A stretch of DNA of 64,000 bases, from contig MEDY01000086.1 in assembly GCA_001724265.1 (NCBI GenBank), forward strand, positions 1 through 64,000, given 5' to 3'. This document shows, in pieces, positions 61,101 through 64,000 of this stretch. Both the position numbers and the translations under genes were made by a program. Under the pieces are notes generated by a model. It had not been told where the DNA came from. It was given only the letters and a program-made list of their open reading frames with translations, and did no database searches. The stretch is from Rhizaria sp. SCN 62-66 (lineage: Eukaryota). Position 1 is the first letter of the stretch; each line of letters begins with the position of its first letter.

Positions 61101-64000
61101 CTACTTCGGCGTCTCGCAGTCGCTGTCGCGGTCTAAGGGACCCCTTACTTACTACCCGAAGCTGTGCGTGCGGGTCGACAAGCTCGAGATCGACTTAGAA
61201 GAGGACTTCCTTGTGGAGGTACTGACATTCGTCGGATCGATCACGCAGGCCCTTACACCGCTGACCACGACGACGACCTCGCTCCAGCATCAAATCGCCA
61301 CTGCGCCTCACCCGAGCACAGTCACCAACAACACCACCGCGGGAAATGCCAACGCCAACGGACAGCCGCAGGTGTTGCTCTCGCCGGCGCACTTCGCCTC
61401 TGCCGCGCCGCCGTTGGCGCTGCCGGCCCCGTCGCTGGGATGGCGGCTTAATTTGTCGTCGCCAGCCACTGTCGCTGCTCTAATCCCGGCCGCGGTACTC
61501 GCGCGCTACGCGCGGCAGCCGACGCTGCAAGTGCCAACCGCCACGCTCTACCGCAACAAGAGCAGTCTGAGCGCGAACAGCGGCTCGACGCAGACTGGGG
61601 CGGCGGCTGGCGCGGGGGGCACTGAGAGCAGCGTCGGCGTTGTGATGCCAGTGCACGGGCTCGGAACGCTACAGGGCGGCGGCAACTGGAGGCCTGCCTT
61701 CAGTGCACTGCTCCAGTCGCCGTCGCTGCCGTTTGCCTCCAGTAACAACAACGTGAATGCAAACAACATGAGCTCTAACACTGCTGCAATTGACTGCGCT
61801 TACGCCAGTCTAAGTACCTCGCTGAGTAACAACAGCAGCAACAGTCTTGACAGTCTCAACACGAACAACACGGACTCATCTCCGGCAGGAACTGCGACTT
61901 GCGCTGCAACTGACCGCAACTCTGCCGCTCTTGCTCACGGCTACGGCCATGGCGGCCTGAGTCTCGACCCTGAGGCCGAGGCCGCTGCCGAGGCCGAGGC
62001 TGACGAGCGCGACCTCATGCGCCGCATCATCATCGCGCTCGAACACACAGGCGTTCCGCCCGTCATTACTGCACACGGCGACGTCGTTGCAGGCCGCGTC
62101 TTCGGCCACGCGGATCTTGGTCAGGCCGCCTACCTGGCGGAAAGTCAAGCCACGTCTATGAATGCGAACACTTACGCCGCCTCTGTGTCCGCGAACGTTG
62201 CTGCGATGTTCAACCGAGGCGGTCTGGTCAAGCTAGCGGCGCCGTTCGCCACAGAGCCCCCGGCGGCTGCGGCGGGCTCTGCGAAGCGGGGAGCCGCGCT
62301 TGCCGCGGCTGCTACTGCGGAGGCCGAGGCTGAGGCCGAAGCCGAGGCTGCCGCCGCTGCTGCTGATGCTGCGAACGAGGCTGACTACGATGACGACAAC
62401 AATAATGATAGCGATGAGAGTGGTGCTTACTACAACGCGAGTAACGGCCATAGCAGCGCCGGCGACGGGAGCGATGGCGAGTATTACTACAACAGCCACG
62501 GCCGTCACACCGGCACGGCCACTGCGTTGGGCTCACTCACCATTGATTGTGGCGATGACGATCAGCACAACAGCGGTTTTAACTCTGCTAGTGACAACGA
62601 CAATAGTAACAGCGCCTACGTCAGTGACAGCGACGCCGGTATTGCACCGGATGCTCGCAAAGTTAAGCCGCCGCGTGGCGCTCGTCCGTCACTCCAACAG
62701 GGTGGCCGAGCCTCCCACAGTCGCAGCTCGAGCTTGAGCTCTGACGTTCACAGCAATCACCACGACGGCGACACTAGTTTCTCCGGGAACGGTGACCACA
62801 ACGACGTCTATCTTTCCCCGCAGCAACAATACCAACGTCAACTCTTCAGTAACAACGCTCGTAGCAGTCACACTCAGAACCAGACTCAAACCCATAGCCA
62901 GAGCACCAGTCAGTCTCAGGCGCCGACTCAGGGTCAGACCCAGACTGGGCCCACGTGGCACCTGCTGCCGCCGCACGTCGCCGGCGAGTTGGCCCTGCTC
63001 CGCGCGTACGTGCGCCTGTTATCGCACTCGCATGAGTTGCACCACCTGCAGGACGAGCTGGCCACCGCCGGGACCGGTGCGGACGCCTCGGTGTCGTACT
63101 TCGGTGACGTGTCGCTGCATGCGTTCAAGCTCGTCGTCTCCTATAGCACGGGCAATGCGAAGCTGCTGGAGTCGTTTCTCCCGCAGGCCTTCACGCCCGC
63201 CGCGGCGAACACCGCGCCCGCCAACACTCGCGCGAGCAGTAGCACGAGTGCGAGTGCAGTACAGGCGCAAGCGCAGTCGCAACATCAACAAACCGCAGCA
63301 ACAGCAGCAGCAGCAGCAGCAGCAGCTGATGATGACGGCGTTATGAACAGCAAGACCGCGTCTCTGTACAACTTCGAGGTCGCGCCGCGGTCCGCGCTGT
63401 CATTCCTGCGCACCACCACGAGCACCGCGCTGGCGCCCTACGCCGCCGCCGCGCTGCGCGCCGCCACCTCGGCGCTGCTCAACATTAACTCGGCCGCGCT
63501 CACGGTTGCGCCGTTGCGCGTGCGCCACAGCCTCGCCGCGTCGCAGGCATTTCAGGCCCAGGTCGCGCGCCACTACGGCATCGCGCTCGCGGCGAACTTA
63601 CATCGGATTCTCGGCGCTGCGGAAGTCTTCGGCAATCTGGGCGGACTCACTGACGCGCTCATCAACGCATTCATGGACTATTTCTCGGAACCCGTCATCG
63701 CGGTCTCGGACTCGGCACGCGCGGCGCCGACTACCCTCGCCGTCCCGCTCGCAGTCGCGCGCGGCTTGACTTCCGGTCTCGCCCACGGCCACCGCGCGCT
63801 GGTGCAGCACATCGTCTTCGGGGTCGCCAACACCATCGCGCGCACGACGACGTCCCTGGCCAAGGGCACTGCGGCGCTGACCGCCGCGCTGGGCGTGTAC
63901 TGTGAGCCCGACCCGGCCGAGCTCGAGGAGGCCGCGGCGCGCGGGCTCACGGTCGCGAACAACGCGGCCGGCGCTGCGGCGGCTCCTATGGGCGAGGCGG
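21652..64000 (+). CDS. VPS13: VPS13-family bridge-like lipid transfer protein, giant (>13,900 codons, 3'-partial). Exons 21652-21932, 22095-24762, 24961->64000, with two in-frame TAG codons (26566, 43858)
   Basis: Chorein-N domain (MLTQIFLYIYRQFLSPYIQIDEEKVSIALWSGSLSLENV...IVNNIQVEVTNVHVRLE), then AWWGWA and a FFAT-like EEEDQFFDP (30361-30399). After the second TAG, in the same frame: FNSELSSWEPFLEQW (~48860), YRIRNLTG (49288), PPLVLTNFLP (~52250), VPYWFVNRT (~54830), IAPRFLLINRT (~57095), IQLDNQL (60283) and VPS13_C HYG...HRILGAAEVFGNLGGL...DYFSEP (~63570-63700). The ORF track lists no frame-1 ORF after 43860, consistent with no stop up to the window end. Confidence 0.92.
21933..22094 (+). 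other. Spliceosomal intron (162 nt) of VPS13
   Basis: AG|GTACGG...TTCTAG|G, phase 2, joins the Chorein-N segments in frame. Confidence 0.85.
24763..24960 (+). other. Spliceosomal intron (198 nt) of VPS13
   Basis: CAG|GTCCGT...TGTTTAG|GTT, very AT-rich, phase 0. Confidence 0.88.
26566..26568 (+). other. In-frame TAG inside a poly-Gln tract of VPS13 (candidate recoded codon)
   Basis: CAG CAA CAG CAG CGG CAG TAG TCG CAC GCG CAA CAA CAG CAG CAA CAG CAG = QQQQRQ*SHAQQQQQQQ. The same frame is open on both sides. Confidence 0.7.
43858..43860 (+). other. In-frame TAG inside a Gln-rich tract of VPS13 (candidate recoded codon)
   Basis: EQQHQFS*YQQQMSQQLLHQ. The frame stays open for over 20 kb afterwards and encodes the conserved VPS13 C-terminal domains. 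Confidence 0.7.

Larger units (their letters stand above)
2081..61148. repeat. Dispersed 16-bp quasi-palindromic motif family, consensus (G/C/T)TAAG-TACCCC-CTTA(G/C)
   Basis: Near-full copies at 2089, 3160 and 3181 (minus strand) and 16661, 16780, 27637, 40747, 46384, 48607, 57047 and 61133 (plus strand), plus many half-sites (TAAGTACC / CCCCTTA). Confidence 0.7.
3600..63774. repeat. Dispersed motif family, consensus GGCYTRRCTTC(C)
   Basis: Exact or near-consensus copies at 3600, 7756 and 8256-8303 (x3) on the minus strand; 16357, 16378, 30601, 30706, 32989, 33043, 34849, 34870, 39628, 47083, 59401, 59464, 59494 and 63763 on the plus strand; antisense copies within VPS13 at 46699 and 62660. 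Confidence 0.6.

Noticed and set aside
2106-63962. Numerous antisense and alternative-frame ORFs (e.g. 3807..5300 +, 10512..11603 +, 46329..48095 -)
   Set aside because: Shadows of GC-rich, trinucleotide-repeat coding sequence (poly-L/C/V/R read from AAC/CAG/GCC runs) with no recognisable domains.
21652-64000. VPS13 as a pseudogene
   Set aside because: No frameshift, TGA or TAA in more than 13,000 codons of slippage-prone repeats, and the conserved motifs are intact.
1-64000. tRNA (including a CUA suppressor), rRNA or CRISPR array
   Set aside because: No cloverleaf, rRNA-like sequence or regularly spaced repeat-spacer array was recognised by eye. The dispersed motifs are irregularly spaced. 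A tRNAscan-SE/Infernal run would be needed to exclude small RNAs.

Overview
Eukaryotic (protist-like) nuclear DNA with GC-rich exons and short (162-260 nt) AT-rich spliceosomal introns. Five genes can be modelled. On the minus strand: a ~2,360-aa TIS11/ZFP36-type tandem CCCH zinc-finger protein, SDE2, and a 464-aa probable ciliary microtubule-inner protein (PPP1R32/SAXO4-like). On the plus strand: a ChaC gamma-glutamylcyclotransferase inflated to ~1,847 aa by two ~800-aa insertions, and a giant VPS13 (>13,900 codons, running off the window end) whose third exon is at least 39 kb. The main observation is that the VPS13 frame is interrupted only by two TAG codons (26566 and 43858). Both lie inside Gln-rich tracts, and conserved VPS13 domains are intact downstream. 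The CCCH gene also reads through a TAG to a TAA 8 codons later, while the three other complete genes end in TGA. This suggests a non-standard nuclear code (UAG=Gln) or UAG suppression. Two families of nucleotide-level motifs (TAAGTACCCCCTTA and GGCTTAACTTCC) are dispersed through the exons in several frames and orientations. The left end carries a MITE nested in a TG..CA element with a 5-bp target-site duplication. The organism cannot be identified from the sequence alone.
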